Part shown: in pieces, positions 1 through 9,204 of the stretch
Layout: each line of letters opens with the position of its first letter
Position numbering within the stretch: position 1 is the stretch's first letter
Assembly (NCBI GenBank): GCA_046328905.1
Contig: JAXLVP010000001.1
Span: 151,025 to 215,024 of the forward strand
Direction of reading: 5' to 3'
DNA: 64,000 nt
Source: Bdellovibrionota bacterium
Lineage (GTDB): Bacteria; Bdellovibrionota_C; UBA2361; SZUA-149; CAZDWZ01
Notes under the pieces: model-generated
Databases searched by the model: none
What the model saw: the letters and a program-made list of their open reading frames with translations, nothing else
Told to the model about the DNA's origin: nothing
Position numbers and translations under genes: made by a program

Positions 1-613
1 AGGCGAGGAGCCGCTGCTCCATGAAGTCAAAAAGCGGTTTCCAGAATTCCGTCCCGATGAGGATCAGCGGGAAGTCTTTAATCTTCTCCGTTTGAACGAG
101 CGTCGCTGTTTCGTAAATCTCATCCAGAGTTCCGAAACCCCCGGGAAGGGCGATGAACGCGTAGGAATACTTGATGAGCATTACCTTGCGGACGAAAAAG
201 TAATTGAACTCCATCCAATCATCGAGGTAGCCGTTCGGCTGCTGCTCATGAGGCAATTTGATATTGCATCCAACTGAGTGCGCTCCAACATCCTTTGCAC
301 CGCGGTTCGCCGCCTCCATAATTCCCGGACCGCCGCCGGTCATGATGGTAAATCCGATTCGACCGATCTCTTGTGCCGTCGTGCGAGCGAGTTGGTAGTA
401 CGGATGCGAATCTGGAAAGCGAGCGGAACCGAAGATTGTGACGCACGGGGGAAGAAAGTGGAACTTTCGGAAGCCGCGGATCAGCTCGCCGCCGATTCGC
501 AAGACCCGCCAGAAGTCTTTGATTCGTCCGCCGGGACCCTCAAGAAAGCGGAGCTCTTCCTTGCTTCTTGAATCTTTTCCCCATTCGCACGAAGCTGCTC
601 GCTTGTCCGTCAT
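1..613 (-). CDS. LOG family (lysine-decarboxylase-like) nucleotide phosphoribohydrolase; 3' end runs off the window
   Basis: Absent from the ORF track because there is no stop inside the window. The reverse complement from the ATG (complement of 611-613) reads MTDKRAASCEW...TIMTGGGPGIMEAANRGA...FIALPGGFGTLDEIYE, open to position 1. GGGPGxMEA and PGGxGTxxE are the LOG signatures. Confidence 0.85.
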   Translation of the reverse strand, partial: MTDKRAASCEWGKDSRSKEELRFLEGPGGRIKDFWRVLRIGGELIRGFRKFHFLPPCVTIFGSARFPDSHPYYQLARTTAQEIGRIGFTIMTGGGPGIMEAANRGAKDVGAHSVGCNIKLPHEQQPNGYLDDWMEFNYFFVRKVMLIKYSYAFIALPGGFGTLDEIYETATLVQTEKIKDFPLILIGTEFWKPLFDFMEQRLLA

Positions 614-746
614 CGCTCGCCTTCGAATTATTTCCTCAACATATACGCGCGGTAAGGCGAAAGCGAAAGCGTAGAAAGTGAGGGTTTTGAGTGAGGGGAA
701 ACAAAGGAAAGTCGCGCCATCCACAATCCGCTGCTACAATGAGAAG

Positions 747-1136
747 ATGTCCCCTCGCAGCTTTCGATTACAGCTCGTGTTGCCCGCTGTTACACTGAGT
801 GTAATTGCCGTGACGCAGAACGCCTGGAGCGATGCGGGTTACCGTATTATCACGCCGAACAATCGACCTGTGTCCGTAGAGCTTCATGACACGGAGCTCG
901 AGTCTGCTCTCGAGATGCTTGCGGAGGTCGAAAACTCCAACATTGCGTTTCAGCGAGATGTGAACGGAAAAATTCGAAGCCTCTCCGTATCGGGGGTCCC
1001 CGCGAAACAGGTCTTCGACATCTTGCTCCGGCTGCATGGCCTGTATGCGGAAGAGGTCGGCAACGTGATTATCGTCTATCCGATAGAGCAATACATTCGC
1101 GACGCGAAGGCGAGAAAGGCGCTCGAAGACCTTTAG
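747..1136 (+). CDS. Small secreted protein consisting of a single secretin-N0/STN-like domain
   Basis: Start reset to the internal ATG giving MSPRSFRLQLVLPAVTLSVIAVTQNAWS (signal peptide). The remainder (VSVELHDTELESALEMLAEVENSNIAFQRDVNGKIRSLSVSGVPAKQVFDILLRLHGLYAEEVGNVIIVYP) resembles the N0/STN module of PilQ/GspD secretins. Confidence 0.5.
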   Translation: MSPRSFRLQLVLPAVTLSVIAVTQNAWSDAGYRIITPNNRPVSVELHDTELESALEMLAEVENSNIAFQRDVNGKIRSLSVSGVPAKQVFDILLRLHGLYAEEVGNVIIVYPIEQYIRDAKARKALEDL

Positions 1137-1140
1137 GCGG

Positions 1141-1977
1141 TTAACGGAAGTTGCCGAACAGATCACACTCCTGCATCGAGCCCGACGAAAAGCCCCGCAT
1201 GAACGAGCTCGACCGCTCCCGGCTGCTGCCGTGGGTAAACGAATCGGGAGAGACCGATCTGCCGGACATTTGTTGAATCCTGTCGTCGCCCACAGCACGT
1301 GCTGCGTTCAGTCCTTCTTCGGCGTCGCCGCGTTCCAAGAGTCCGTTTTTCGCCGCGTAGAAACCCCAGATCCCAGCAAAGCAGTCGGCTTGGAGCTCGA
1401 ATTTGACCTGGGCAGAGTCCTCGCCAGTCCCGAGCGAGCCGACGCGGTTGCTGGATGTAATACCGAGCAAGGTCTGGACATGGTGTCCAACTTCGTGGGC
1501 GACGACGTAGGCGGCGGCGAAGTCGCCTTCCGCGCCGAGCTGTTGCTGCAGCTGAGCCAGGAAGCCCATGTCGATGTAGAGACGATTATCGCTGGGACAA
1601 TAGAACGGACCGGTTGCTGCGCTGCTCAGGCCGCATGCAGAATCGACCGTGTCGGTGAACAGAACGAGCCGGGGAGGTTCGTAGCGCTTTCCCATGCGTC
1701 CGAAGATGTCGCCCCAGACATCTTCGGTAGACCCGAGGACCGCGGAAAGAAACGCCTTGGACTCCTCCTGTTCCGGGGAGCTTTGATATGAAGGATTGAC
1801 TGATGCGCTCGGACTGCCGTCGGAGAGCAGGGAGAGCAATGTGAGAGGGTTCTGCCCGGTCAGATATGAGATAACAAGCACGATCAGGACGCCTCCGAGC
1901 GAGAGCCCGCCACCACTGATAGTCTGACCGCGTCGGTCCTCGACGTTCTCACTTTGCCTTTGATTTTTCCAGAGCAT
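1141..1977 (-). CDS. ypfJ: YpfJ-type neutral zinc metallopeptidase (membrane anchored)
   Basis: 278-aa ORF. It has an N-terminal RRGQ...GGLSLGGVLIVLVISYL anchor, an HExxH site (AHEVGHHVQ) and LQADCFAGIWG, which together are typical of the YpfJ family. Confidence 0.85.
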   Translation of the reverse strand: MLWKNQRQSENVEDRRGQTISGGGLSLGGVLIVLVISYLTGQNPLTLLSLLSDGSPSASVNPSYQSSPEQEESKAFLSAVLGSTEDVWGDIFGRMGKRYEPPRLVLFTDTVDSACGLSSAATGPFYCPSDNRLYIDMGFLAQLQQQLGAEGDFAAAYVVAHEVGHHVQTLLGITSSNRVGSLGTGEDSAQVKFELQADCFAGIWGFYAAKNGLLERGDAEEGLNAARAVGDDRIQQMSGRSVSPDSFTHGSSRERSSSFMRGFSSGSMQECDLFGNFR

Positions 1978-2093
1978 GGGCCTCCAACGGACATCGCTGC
2001 ATCATTCAATACCGCCAGGGAGTGGATCATTACAGATGGCAGATTGCTCGCGTATGATCAAGGGTAGCCGCGGCCGCCCGTACTGCGTGCAGC

Positions 2094-3476
2094 TCAGTTT
2101 CGAAAGACTATGGGAACACCATTTGCCGTTACGCTCGTCGCGCTCACCGCGGCGGTATTTTTCAGCTCGAGAGCGTTCTTGGCTTTTCGAACGTGGATAT
2201 TCGAAAACTCTAAACCGGTTATCGGATTTTCCTCGCGTCCGACGATTGACAGAGCTGTCTCCTCGGCGCTTTCACAGGTGATCCGATCAAAATGCAGATT
2301 CCGGTAGCTGGCTGGAGAATCGTGATCGCCAACCTTGTGGTAGTCGGTTTCCATGCGGATACAGGTCTTGCAGCGACCGATCGAAAGGTTACGGACCCAG
2401 ATATCTTCGATAACCCCACCTCGATCGGTGTTCGATTTGAGATGGATCGCAACCTCACCGTCAGGCACGGCGCATCGTTCGATGAAAATGTTACGGACTC
2501 CGCCTGACATCTCGCTCCCCACAGCGATTGCTCCGCTCTTGCCGCCGGAGAGCGTGCAGTTCCTGACGATGATGTTTTCGCATGGGGGACCATTTCGCCC
2601 CTCGGCGTCACGCCCTGATTTGATGGCGATTTGGTCGTCGTTGGTTTGGATCTGGCATCGCTCAATCAGCATATCTCTGCAAGAGTCCGGATCGATGCCG
2701 TCGTCTGTGTAGCGCAGCCCGGGTAGCACGGTCAGATTTCGAAAGATGACATTCGAGCAGAAGACCGGATGCAGGGTCCAGAACGGGCTGTTCTTGAACG
2801 TCGAGCCGTCCAGCAGGACATTCCGGCAACCGTAAGCTTCGAATAACCCGGGCCGGAGAAAATGATTCGCGCCGAATGCGCGCTGCGAGACTGGTACGAC
2901 GTCACGTCCAAAGCGGCGGAGCAGGGTTTGATCGTCCTCCTGTTTGCCAAGCCAGCTTTCAAAACGCTCGGCGCCGCCATCTATCGTCCCGTTCCCAGTG
3001 ATGGCGATGTTTCGTGCTCCATGTGCATAGATCATCGGAGAGTAGTTGAGGCACCGTGTGCCTTCCCATCGAACCTGAACCGGGGGAAGATACTGTGTTG
3101 CATCGCCGCCGAAACGAACTTCGGCCCCGTCATCGAGCTGCAAGTGAATGTTACTGAGCAAACGAATCGGGCCGTTGCAGCGATAGGTCCCGCGAGGAAT
3201 ACGGATCGTTCCGCCTCCCGATCGAGAACAGCGCTCGAGCGCATTGCGAAAGCTCGGAGCGCAGTCAACGACTCCATCGCCGACGGCGCCGAAGTCTTTG
3301 ACGCGGAAGGTCCGTTTCGGAAATCGCGGGGGGGAGATGCGGGAGAGGATTCGAGGGACGTCGTTCCAACCTTTCTGCTCCGTCCGAGCGAATGCAGGGC
3401 GGAGGCTGAGTGACGCCGTGAGAGCTGCGGCCGATTTCAGAAAGCAACGCCTTGAGACCATACGTTGCATTGGCAC
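2094..3476 (-). CDS. Glycoside hydrolase family 28-like (polygalacturonase / pectate-lyase-fold) with Tat signal
   Basis: Twin-arginine motif SRRCFLKSAAALTASLSL, FGAVGDG near the N-terminus, and parallel beta-helix repeats with NDDQIAIKSG, GAIAVGSEMSGG and HLKSNTDRGG. Confidence 0.85.
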   Translation of the reverse strand: MPMQRMVSRRCFLKSAAALTASLSLRPAFARTEQKGWNDVPRILSRISPPRFPKRTFRVKDFGAVGDGVVDCAPSFRNALERCSRSGGGTIRIPRGTYRCNGPIRLLSNIHLQLDDGAEVRFGGDATQYLPPVQVRWEGTRCLNYSPMIYAHGARNIAITGNGTIDGGAERFESWLGKQEDDQTLLRRFGRDVVPVSQRAFGANHFLRPGLFEAYGCRNVLLDGSTFKNSPFWTLHPVFCSNVIFRNLTVLPGLRYTDDGIDPDSCRDMLIERCQIQTNDDQIAIKSGRDAEGRNGPPCENIIVRNCTLSGGKSGAIAVGSEMSGGVRNIFIERCAVPDGEVAIHLKSNTDRGGVIEDIWVRNLSIGRCKTCIRMETDYHKVGDHDSPASYRNLHFDRITCESAEETALSIVGREENPITGLEFSNIHVRKAKNALELKNTAAVSATSVTANGVPIVFRN

Positions 3477-3610
3477 GGTTCGATCCGATGAGTCAATGAG
3501 GTGGTGCGGATGGGATTCTCGCGCCGTAGATGCATGAGATCTTGATCAGGTCCGAGGCCTGGCGAAACTGATAAACGGCGGGTGAGGCTAATCACCTGGA
3601 GGGGCCGTTC

Positions 3611-3799
3611 ATGTCCAATATCTTGAAAGCAGCGTTCTTTTTTCTGGTCCTGGCGCTCCTTGCCGGAGCTCTGGGCTACGGAGGCTTCGCCGCGCAAGCC
3701 GAGGGAATGGCGAAATTTCTCTTCGGAGTGTTCGGGGTGCTATTTGTGCTCCTCCTACTCGTCGGCCTCTTCGTTGTGAAAAAAGTGACCGACCGTTGA
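3611..3799 (+). CDS. DUF1328 (UPF0391) small membrane protein
   Basis: 62 aa with two TM helices. The LLAGALGYGGFAAQAEGMAKFLFGVF pattern is typical of the YtjA/DUF1328 family. Confidence 0.8.
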   Translation: MSNILKAAFFFLVLALLAGALGYGGFAAQAEGMAKFLFGVFGVLFVLLLLVGLFVVKKVTDR

Positions 3800-3827
3800 G
3801 GAATGCGAAACAGTCCGGATGAGAACC

Positions 3828-3861
3828 GGTCGCGGACACGCCCCGTGGTGTGCCCGCGACC
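3828..3861. terminator. Hairpin between convergent genes (GGTCGCGG ... CCGCGACC, then TTT)
   Basis: 8-bp GC-rich stem read directly. It sits between the DUF1328 stop (3799) and the stop of the minus-strand gene (3889). Confidence 0.5.
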
Positions 3862-3888
3862 TTTAGAACTCAATATGTCTCGCCCATC

Positions 3889-4455
3889 TCAGTTGGAGAG
3901 GACGAGCTGATCGCGACGCTCGCAGATCTGGTCGATCTCGCGACGGCTGAGAGTGAAGTCGGCCGTTCGGGGGATCGACTCGTCGTTGGCCCACCAGCGG
4001 CCGTTGCCCATGCGCGCGATGCGATTGACGACGGTCGGTCGATCCTGGATCACGCGCGGTCGCCAGGCCTCGAACACCGACGCCCGCTGGAAGAGCAGCA
4101 GCGTCGCGTCCACCACCAGCAGGCCGTCACGGCGATCGAACGACCCCATCACGTTCGCCACCAGAGGCCGGCGAAGCGCGTCGGGCATGTTCGGCGCGAT
4201 GAGGGCGAACACGGCGTCCGCGTGCTGCGAGTCGAGGACCGTCTGGCCTTCCATCACCTCGTCGACGTCGTCGAGCCCGATTCCACCCGGGATCTTGAAG
4301 CGCTGGACGAGGGCGCGGACGCCCTCGTAGACGGCGCACGTCTCGGAGCTGTGGAACTCGAGCGTCTGGCCGCGGTTCTGAACGATGTTGGACTCGACGA
4401 GCCGCTGACCGACGACTTCCCCGACAGCGATGGCGAGAGCGTTTCGGTTTGGCAT
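3889..4455 (-). CDS. Hypothetical protein (188 aa), no family recognised
   Basis: Start reset to MPNRNALAIAVGEV, preceded on the minus strand by AAAAAGGAGGTGCACCC-ATG (strong SD). The opposite-strand 301-aa ORF reads like an antisense shadow (Arg/His-rich). Confidence 0.55.
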   Translation of the reverse strand: MPNRNALAIAVGEVVGQRLVESNIVQNRGQTLEFHSSETCAVYEGVRALVQRFKIPGGIGLDDVDEVMEGQTVLDSQHADAVFALIAPNMPDALRRPLVANVMGSFDRRDGLLVVDATLLLFQRASVFEAWRPRVIQDRPTVVNRIARMGNGRWWANDESIPRTADFTLSRREIDQICERRDQLVLSN

Positions 4456-4517
4456 GGGTGCACCTCCTTTTTCAGTGTGCCTGAGATCGATGCGACTCTC
4501 GCTGCCATACGAAAGCC

Positions 4518-4633
4518 GCATGCTCCGAGCGATGTTGCCCAGAAGCGGTTGCCTGGCTTCAGGAGAAGCTCGGCATGCCGATACGCCAAGTATCGAGCGT
4601 CGAGAGCTGCTGGCAGCCGACGACGCTCGATAC
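4518..4633 (-). promoter_or_regulatory. Two adjacent long hairpins in the 5' leader of the 3889-4455 gene
   Basis: 4590-4633 is GTATCGAGCGTCG-aga-GCTGC-tg-GCAGC-cga-CGACGCTCGATAC (13+5 bp). 4518-4578 pairs GCATGC(TC)CGAGC with GCTCGGCATGC and has an inner GAAGC/GCTTC stem. Both lie 60-180 nt upstream of the start codon. Confidence 0.6.
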
Positions 4634-5103
4634 CTGAACAAAACCGTTTGTCCGGAACTGTTTCACGGCGATGCGTAGGCGCGACACCGCGAAACAGTCG
4701 AAACTGTGGTCTTGGTCTCAAAAAGGAGCTGAGAGAGCAGGGATTGAGGATTTAGACCAAAAAAACGGTGACGCGTAAACTTTTAACTGCGGAGGTGTGC
4801 TGAGCTCGGGGCGAGACTCGTCAAACGATTAAAAAAGCCAATGATTGCAATGACACGGGCCAATCGCTCTCAGCGCGACGACCGAGTCCGACGCGGCTCC
4901 CGACAACAGCGAGACCGTTTCTCTGTTTTTCCTCATAACAGCCATAGTCCAATAGACTATTTTATCGTTCTCTCAGCCTCTGTCGTGGGTGCTCACGTAT
5001 TTTTCCCTCCGCACTTTGAAACCGAATCTCGCGGCTTCCGAGTGCGGAGGCGCGGTTCTTAAACGGTTCGATTGAGCCGTTGGAGCTGCATCCCGCATTC
5101 TCT

Positions 5104-5850
5104 ATGAGGTGTCCCGTGTTCCGATCGATCGTGTCTGCGCTCCTGGTCGCCGCCGTCTCACTGGCTCTGTCCGGCCCCGCGCATGGGCAGACCCGCCAAG
5201 AGCAGATCTCTCAGCTCAAGGCCCAGATCCGGCAGAAGGAGGCCGAGCTCAAGCTGCTCCGGAAGCAGCTCGAGCAGGCCTACGAGTCGCCGGAGAGCCC
5301 GTCCGTCCCGCAACAGCAGCAGGGCCAACCGCCCGCTGTGGGCGGTGCGGTGTCCGGGTTCAACTCGGTCTTCCGCAAGGGGCCGTCCGGCTGGACGCAA
5401 CGCCCGACGGCGCAAGGATTCACGTTCCGTTCCGACGGCAAGCGACTTCTGGCCACGGCAGTCGAGGGGGGCGACCTCGTTTTCGTGCCCGGTCGCGTCC
5501 GGGACGGAGCTGACGTGCTCGGCCCCGGTTGGTTTCCGGCCGAATACGCCCAGAAGGCCGTCCTCGCTTCGCCCGAGCGGAACTCGACGCTCGTCGGTGG
5601 CGACCTCTCGGCCCCGTTCGCCGATGACCCCGCCGGCTGGTTCACGATCTACGTGTATCAGAACGGCGAATACAAACGGCGCAAGGTCTCTCATGCGCCC
5701 GACGTCGTCATCTCGAACGGCCACATCCTCTCGACCGCCAGGGAGGGGCAGATCAACTATCTGCCGTACAAGGTCAACCTGAACGGCAAGCTGCTACCGC
5801 CGGGCTGGTACCGACCCGCCGATCCTGGCGACGTCGAGACCGGCAAGTAA
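5104..5850 (+). CDS. Secreted hypothetical protein with N-terminal coiled coil
   Basis: ATG at 5104 gives MRCPVFRSIVSALLVAAVSLALSGPAHG-Q (signal peptide). This is followed by the heptad-like QISQLKAQIRQKEAELKLLRKQLEQ, a Gln/Pro linker and a C-terminal domain of unknown family. Confidence 0.6.
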   Translation: MRCPVFRSIVSALLVAAVSLALSGPAHGQTRQEQISQLKAQIRQKEAELKLLRKQLEQAYESPESPSVPQQQQGQPPAVGGAVSGFNSVFRKGPSGWTQRPTAQGFTFRSDGKRLLATAVEGGDLVFVPGRVRDGADVLGPGWFPAEYAQKAVLASPERNSTLVGGDLSAPFADDPAGWFTIYVYQNGEYKRRKVSHAPDVVISNGHILSTAREGQINYLPYKVNLNGKLLPPGWYRPADPGDVETGK

Positions 5851-5935
5851 CGAGACTGCGGGTGCTCTCCAGCGACCAATCACAAGGTCCTGGTGAGCGC
5901 CCGCGGCTCCTTTTCGATGAGTGGTCGCCCGGAGA

Positions 5936-6904
5936 TTAGCTTGGAGAATCCTCGGGGAAGCGATGGAACCGATCCTCTTTGATGAGCAGCGCTTCGGCCG
6001 CCGAGATCCCCGAATCGAACCGCTCACGAAACTCCTCTACGAACGAATTCATTTCCGAAAACCCGTTCACCTCGACTTCAATCTCCAGCGGGAACGGGCC
6101 AAGCTGGCGAATGAAGCAGGTCACCTGCGGATGCTCCCGGCAAAAAGCCCTCAATTTGTCGTTGAAGGTTGTCGAGTGATCGGTCGGCTGGACCAGCAGT
6201 TTGAACAGCAACATATCAAGCGCCGCATAATTCAGCTGGAAACGGTAGCCGAGAATAATCCCTCGGCGCTCGAGCATTTCGATCCGCCGACTGACCGTGG
6301 CGGGGGAGACGGATAGGCGTCTCGCAAGCTCACCAAGCGATTGACGAGCATCGAGGTACAACAGATTGGCGAGCTGGGCATCTTCTGCAGTCAGCTTCGA
6401 CGCATCGCTCCGATGCGCGAATTCGTATTCGAGCCCCGAGCCACCGGTCAGATATTTCTTCGAAAACCGGACAACAGACGTGAGCACACAGATCTGCTGT
6501 TCACGGATGATGTCTCCAAATTGTGAATGAAGCTCGTCCTGAAAGCGTTGCCCTTCGGCCGGATTACTCACGCATATCGAGACCAGCAGATCGAATCGGC
6601 CGTGCAGCTCCGCGAGCCAGTAGGTTCTCGGATGACTGCCGAGGAAGAGCAGAAGCCGTTTGAGCTTTTTCGACCCGCTGTTTAGCTTAAGATAGTGCTT
6701 GAAAACCCACCACCCCGCAGACAGGGGATCGACCACCGCCGAGAACCTTCCGATGTATCCCTCAGCGACATAGCGTCGGATGCGATACTCGATGAGGTCG
6801 TTACCGAGCCGGAGCTTTTTTGCGATCTGCGAGTACGATTGGCGCGAGTTGCGGTCGAGCTCGGCGAGTAACCTGCGATCGATTCGGTCGAATTCGGCTT
6901 CCAT
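5936..6904 (-). CDS. Lrp/AsnC-family transcriptional regulator with two tandem HTH-plus-ligand-domain units
   Basis: Start reset to MEAEFDRIDRRLLAELDRNSRQSYSQIAKKL. A second unit begins LTAEDAQLANLLYLDARQSLGELARRLSVSPATVSRRIEMLERRGII. The 556-aa track ORF is an over-extension. Confidence 0.8.
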   Translation of the reverse strand: MEAEFDRIDRRLLAELDRNSRQSYSQIAKKLRLGNDLIEYRIRRYVAEGYIGRFSAVVDPLSAGWWVFKHYLKLNSGSKKLKRLLLFLGSHPRTYWLAELHGRFDLLVSICVSNPAEGQRFQDELHSQFGDIIREQQICVLTSVVRFSKKYLTGGSGLEYEFAHRSDASKLTAEDAQLANLLYLDARQSLGELARRLSVSPATVSRRIEMLERRGIILGYRFQLNYAALDMLLFKLLVQPTDHSTTFNDKLRAFCREHPQVTCFIRQLGPFPLEIEVEVNGFSEMNSFVEEFRERFDSGISAAEALLIKEDRFHRFPEDSPS

Positions 6905-7123
6905 GGCGGTAAAGTCGCACGAACCCCGCCTCAAATGCAAGAACGCCGTCAATATATCTAGGTGCTCGCGGAAGATCCGCTGTGTGGATATTGCTCGATC
7001 CAGGTCTTTCACCTGTCGCACTGGGAAGAGCGAAACGCGGCACCTCTTTCGGGCAATAGCTCGAAAGGGGCGAACCGCGCGGAACGGTTCAAGAGAAGGT
7101 TTTCGGTTCACAGGAGAATTGAG

Positions 7124-7513
7124 ATGAATTGCGCCACTGTCACGATTTTTGGTCGCCGTCTGCCTGAGCAGCACCTGCCGATCGCGGAGCTGATCGCGGG
7201 TTGGGACTTCAACGCTTACAGCTCCGACGATGGTGTCATCCGGGAGCTCAAGCGGTATCTGCTTCTGAGGAAGGTCCTCGATCGGCCGATCACGATGGAG
7301 TCTGTCTTGCTCGATCAGGCATGGCACCTGTTCATTTTGGACACCGTGAATTATCGCACGTTCTGTGGGGCCGTTTTCGGCGCGTATCTGGACCACCGGT
7401 CCGCCCACTTTCCCCCCGACGCGGAGCTTCCGAAGATTTACGAGACCTTCTTCGGTGAGCAGCTCCCTCCGGTCTGGCACGTGCGCCCGAACAGCAGCGT
7501 GAACTGCGCTTGA
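7124..7513 (+). CDS. Hypothetical small protein (129 aa)
   Basis: AGGAGAATTGAG-ATG at 7124, divergent from the Lrp-like gene. It contains the motif DQAWHLFILDTVNYRTFC, which is reminiscent of glycine-rich-domain (GRDP/DUF1399-like) proteins, but this is only weak recognition. Confidence 0.5.
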   Translation: MNCATVTIFGRRLPEQHLPIAELIAGWDFNAYSSDDGVIRELKRYLLLRKVLDRPITMESVLLDQAWHLFILDTVNYRTFCGAVFGAYLDHRSAHFPPDAELPKIYETFFGEQLPPVWHVRPNSSVNCA

Positions 7514-7693
7514 AGCTGGTCGAAAAGCAAGGCGCTGTTTTGACAAAACGCGGCGGTGTGCACGCTCACCGCCGCGTTGAGGTTTCGCCGCGCGGTCGTG
7601 CCTCATTCTGGATCGATCGACTTTCAGACGAATTGCGGGCCATACGGGTCCCTGCTACGCTTGCGGCAGAGATCTTTAGACCGAGGGACGCAT

Positions 7694-9052
7694 ATGGAAG
7701 AAGCTATCGACGCCCGTTTGAATCTGGTCGCTGAATGGTTTGAGGTAGAGCGCCTTCGGCTCCAGCTTCCCGGCGCACTGCTCGGCTATTTCACGACGAG
7801 TGGGTTAGAGTGGGTGCGCGGTTTCGGCGCAGCGGATCCGGAACAGGGACTTCTGTTCGATGCCCATACGCGCTTTCGAGTCGCTTCCATCAGCAAGCTT
7901 TTTACCGCGACTCTTGTGCTTCAGGCTCGAGATCAAGGATTGCTTGCGCTTGACGCGCCGGTCGACACCTACCTTCCTTGGTTCAAGCTCAGACAAGCTC
8001 AGCAGACAGCGCGTCCGATCACGGTGAAACAGCTTCTGCTGCACACGGGAGGCCTACCGCGTGAAACAGGCGATACGTACTGGAATGATCCCAGTCTCTT
8101 TCCGGATCAGCTGTCGATGCGTGCGGCTGTCTCTCAGCTATCGACCGTGTTCCCGCCTGATCTGCAATACAAGTATTCCAATCTCGGAATAGCGCTGGCG
8201 GGGGAGGTTCTGGAAGCGGTAACCGGGACGGCATTCGAAGCGCTTCTCTCCAAGAATCTCCTTCAACCGCTCGGTTTGACGGACACTCTTGCAAAGCCCA
8301 ATACGGAAACTCCACGGCTGGCCAAGGGATATCTGCGGAAGGAGCTCGCGATGCCCCGACTCCGAGCCCCCTTTACGGATGCTCGGGCGCTGACCCCAGC
8401 GGCGGGGTTGTGCTCGACCGCAGCCGATCTTGCGAAGTTTATGGCCTTCCAGTTTTCGGATGCCGCGAGCCACGTGTTGAGCCGTGAGAGTAGGGAGGAG
8501 ATGCACCGCGCTCACTTCATTGAATCGGATTGGCGTGGAGCTCGTGGGCTCGGCTTTCGCTTGCGGCGCGTACACGGCCTCACGGCGATCGGTCATGAAG
8601 GGTGGATTGTGGGCTATCGGTCTTACCTGGGATTTCTTCCCGAGCTGAACGTCGGATTGGTTGTGTTCCTCAACGCCGACGACGCTGGTCCCTTCACTTT
8701 TTTTAGTCAGGCAGTCAAAATGCTACGGCCGATACTCGAACGCGGCGGAATGGAGCTGAAGAGCCCGGACGGTCAACGGAGCCCGGAAGACTATTGCGGA
8801 AAATACCGGAGCACGTGGAGCGACTTTATTGTGTTTCGTGAAGGTGGAAGCCTTTATCTCTCCTACCTTGGTGAAACTGATCCTACGGAGTCTCGCTTCG
8901 GTTTGGATTGGCACGGTGACGACGCTTTTCGTCTCGTTGGTACGGACGGAGGTGCTGCCATTGGCGAGCAGGTGAGCTTTTCTTTCGGAAGCGAGCGATC
9001 GGCTATCGCCGTGCGGGTCGGCGACGTAGTCAGCGAACGCGTCGTAAGCTGA
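7694..9052 (+). CDS. Serine hydrolase, beta-lactamase/DD-peptidase fold (class C-like) with extra C-terminal domain
   Basis: SxxK motif in FRVASISKLFTA and YSN in YKYSNLGIALAG. The start was chosen at MEEAIDARLNL. Confidence 0.85.
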   Translation: MEEAIDARLNLVAEWFEVERLRLQLPGALLGYFTTSGLEWVRGFGAADPEQGLLFDAHTRFRVASISKLFTATLVLQARDQGLLALDAPVDTYLPWFKLRQAQQTARPITVKQLLLHTGGLPRETGDTYWNDPSLFPDQLSMRAAVSQLSTVFPPDLQYKYSNLGIALAGEVLEAVTGTAFEALLSKNLLQPLGLTDTLAKPNTETPRLAKGYLRKELAMPRLRAPFTDARALTPAAGLCSTAADLAKFMAFQFSDAASHVLSRESREEMHRAHFIESDWRGARGLGFRLRRVHGLTAIGHEGWIVGYRSYLGFLPELNVGLVVFLNADDAGPFTFFSQAVKMLRPILERGGMELKSPDGQRSPEDYCGKYRSTWSDFIVFREGGSLYLSYLGETDPTESRFGLDWHGDDAFRLVGTDGGAAIGEQVSFSFGSERSAIAVRVGDVVSERVVS

Positions 9053-9131
9053 GCCGATTCCAGGCAGCGGTTCCACTGGACCGATAAAGAATATGAGCGC
9101 AATCTTCGTCTCAGAAAAGCGCCGGGACAGC

Positions 9132-9158
9132 GGAGGTTAAACCGGTCGAAAAACCTCC
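9132..9158. terminator. Hairpin GGAGGTT...AACCTCC between convergent genes
   Basis: 7-bp stem seen directly between the 7694-9052 (+) stop and the nagB (-) stop. Confidence 0.4.
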
Positions 9159-9204
9159 CCCGAGCGCTTTGTCGAGACGAACCATTCGTCCGGTTTAGGG
9201 CGGC

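Noticed and set aside
5936-7606. ORF-track N-terminal over-extensions (5936-7606, 9205-10248, 7556-9052, 52195-52989, 34579-36306, 61748-62620, 62556-63746, 60345-61826)
   Set aside because: The extensions run through upstream intergenic or antisense sequence. Internal starts with an RBS, ATGA coupling, signal peptides or domain N-termini give the expected protein lengths.
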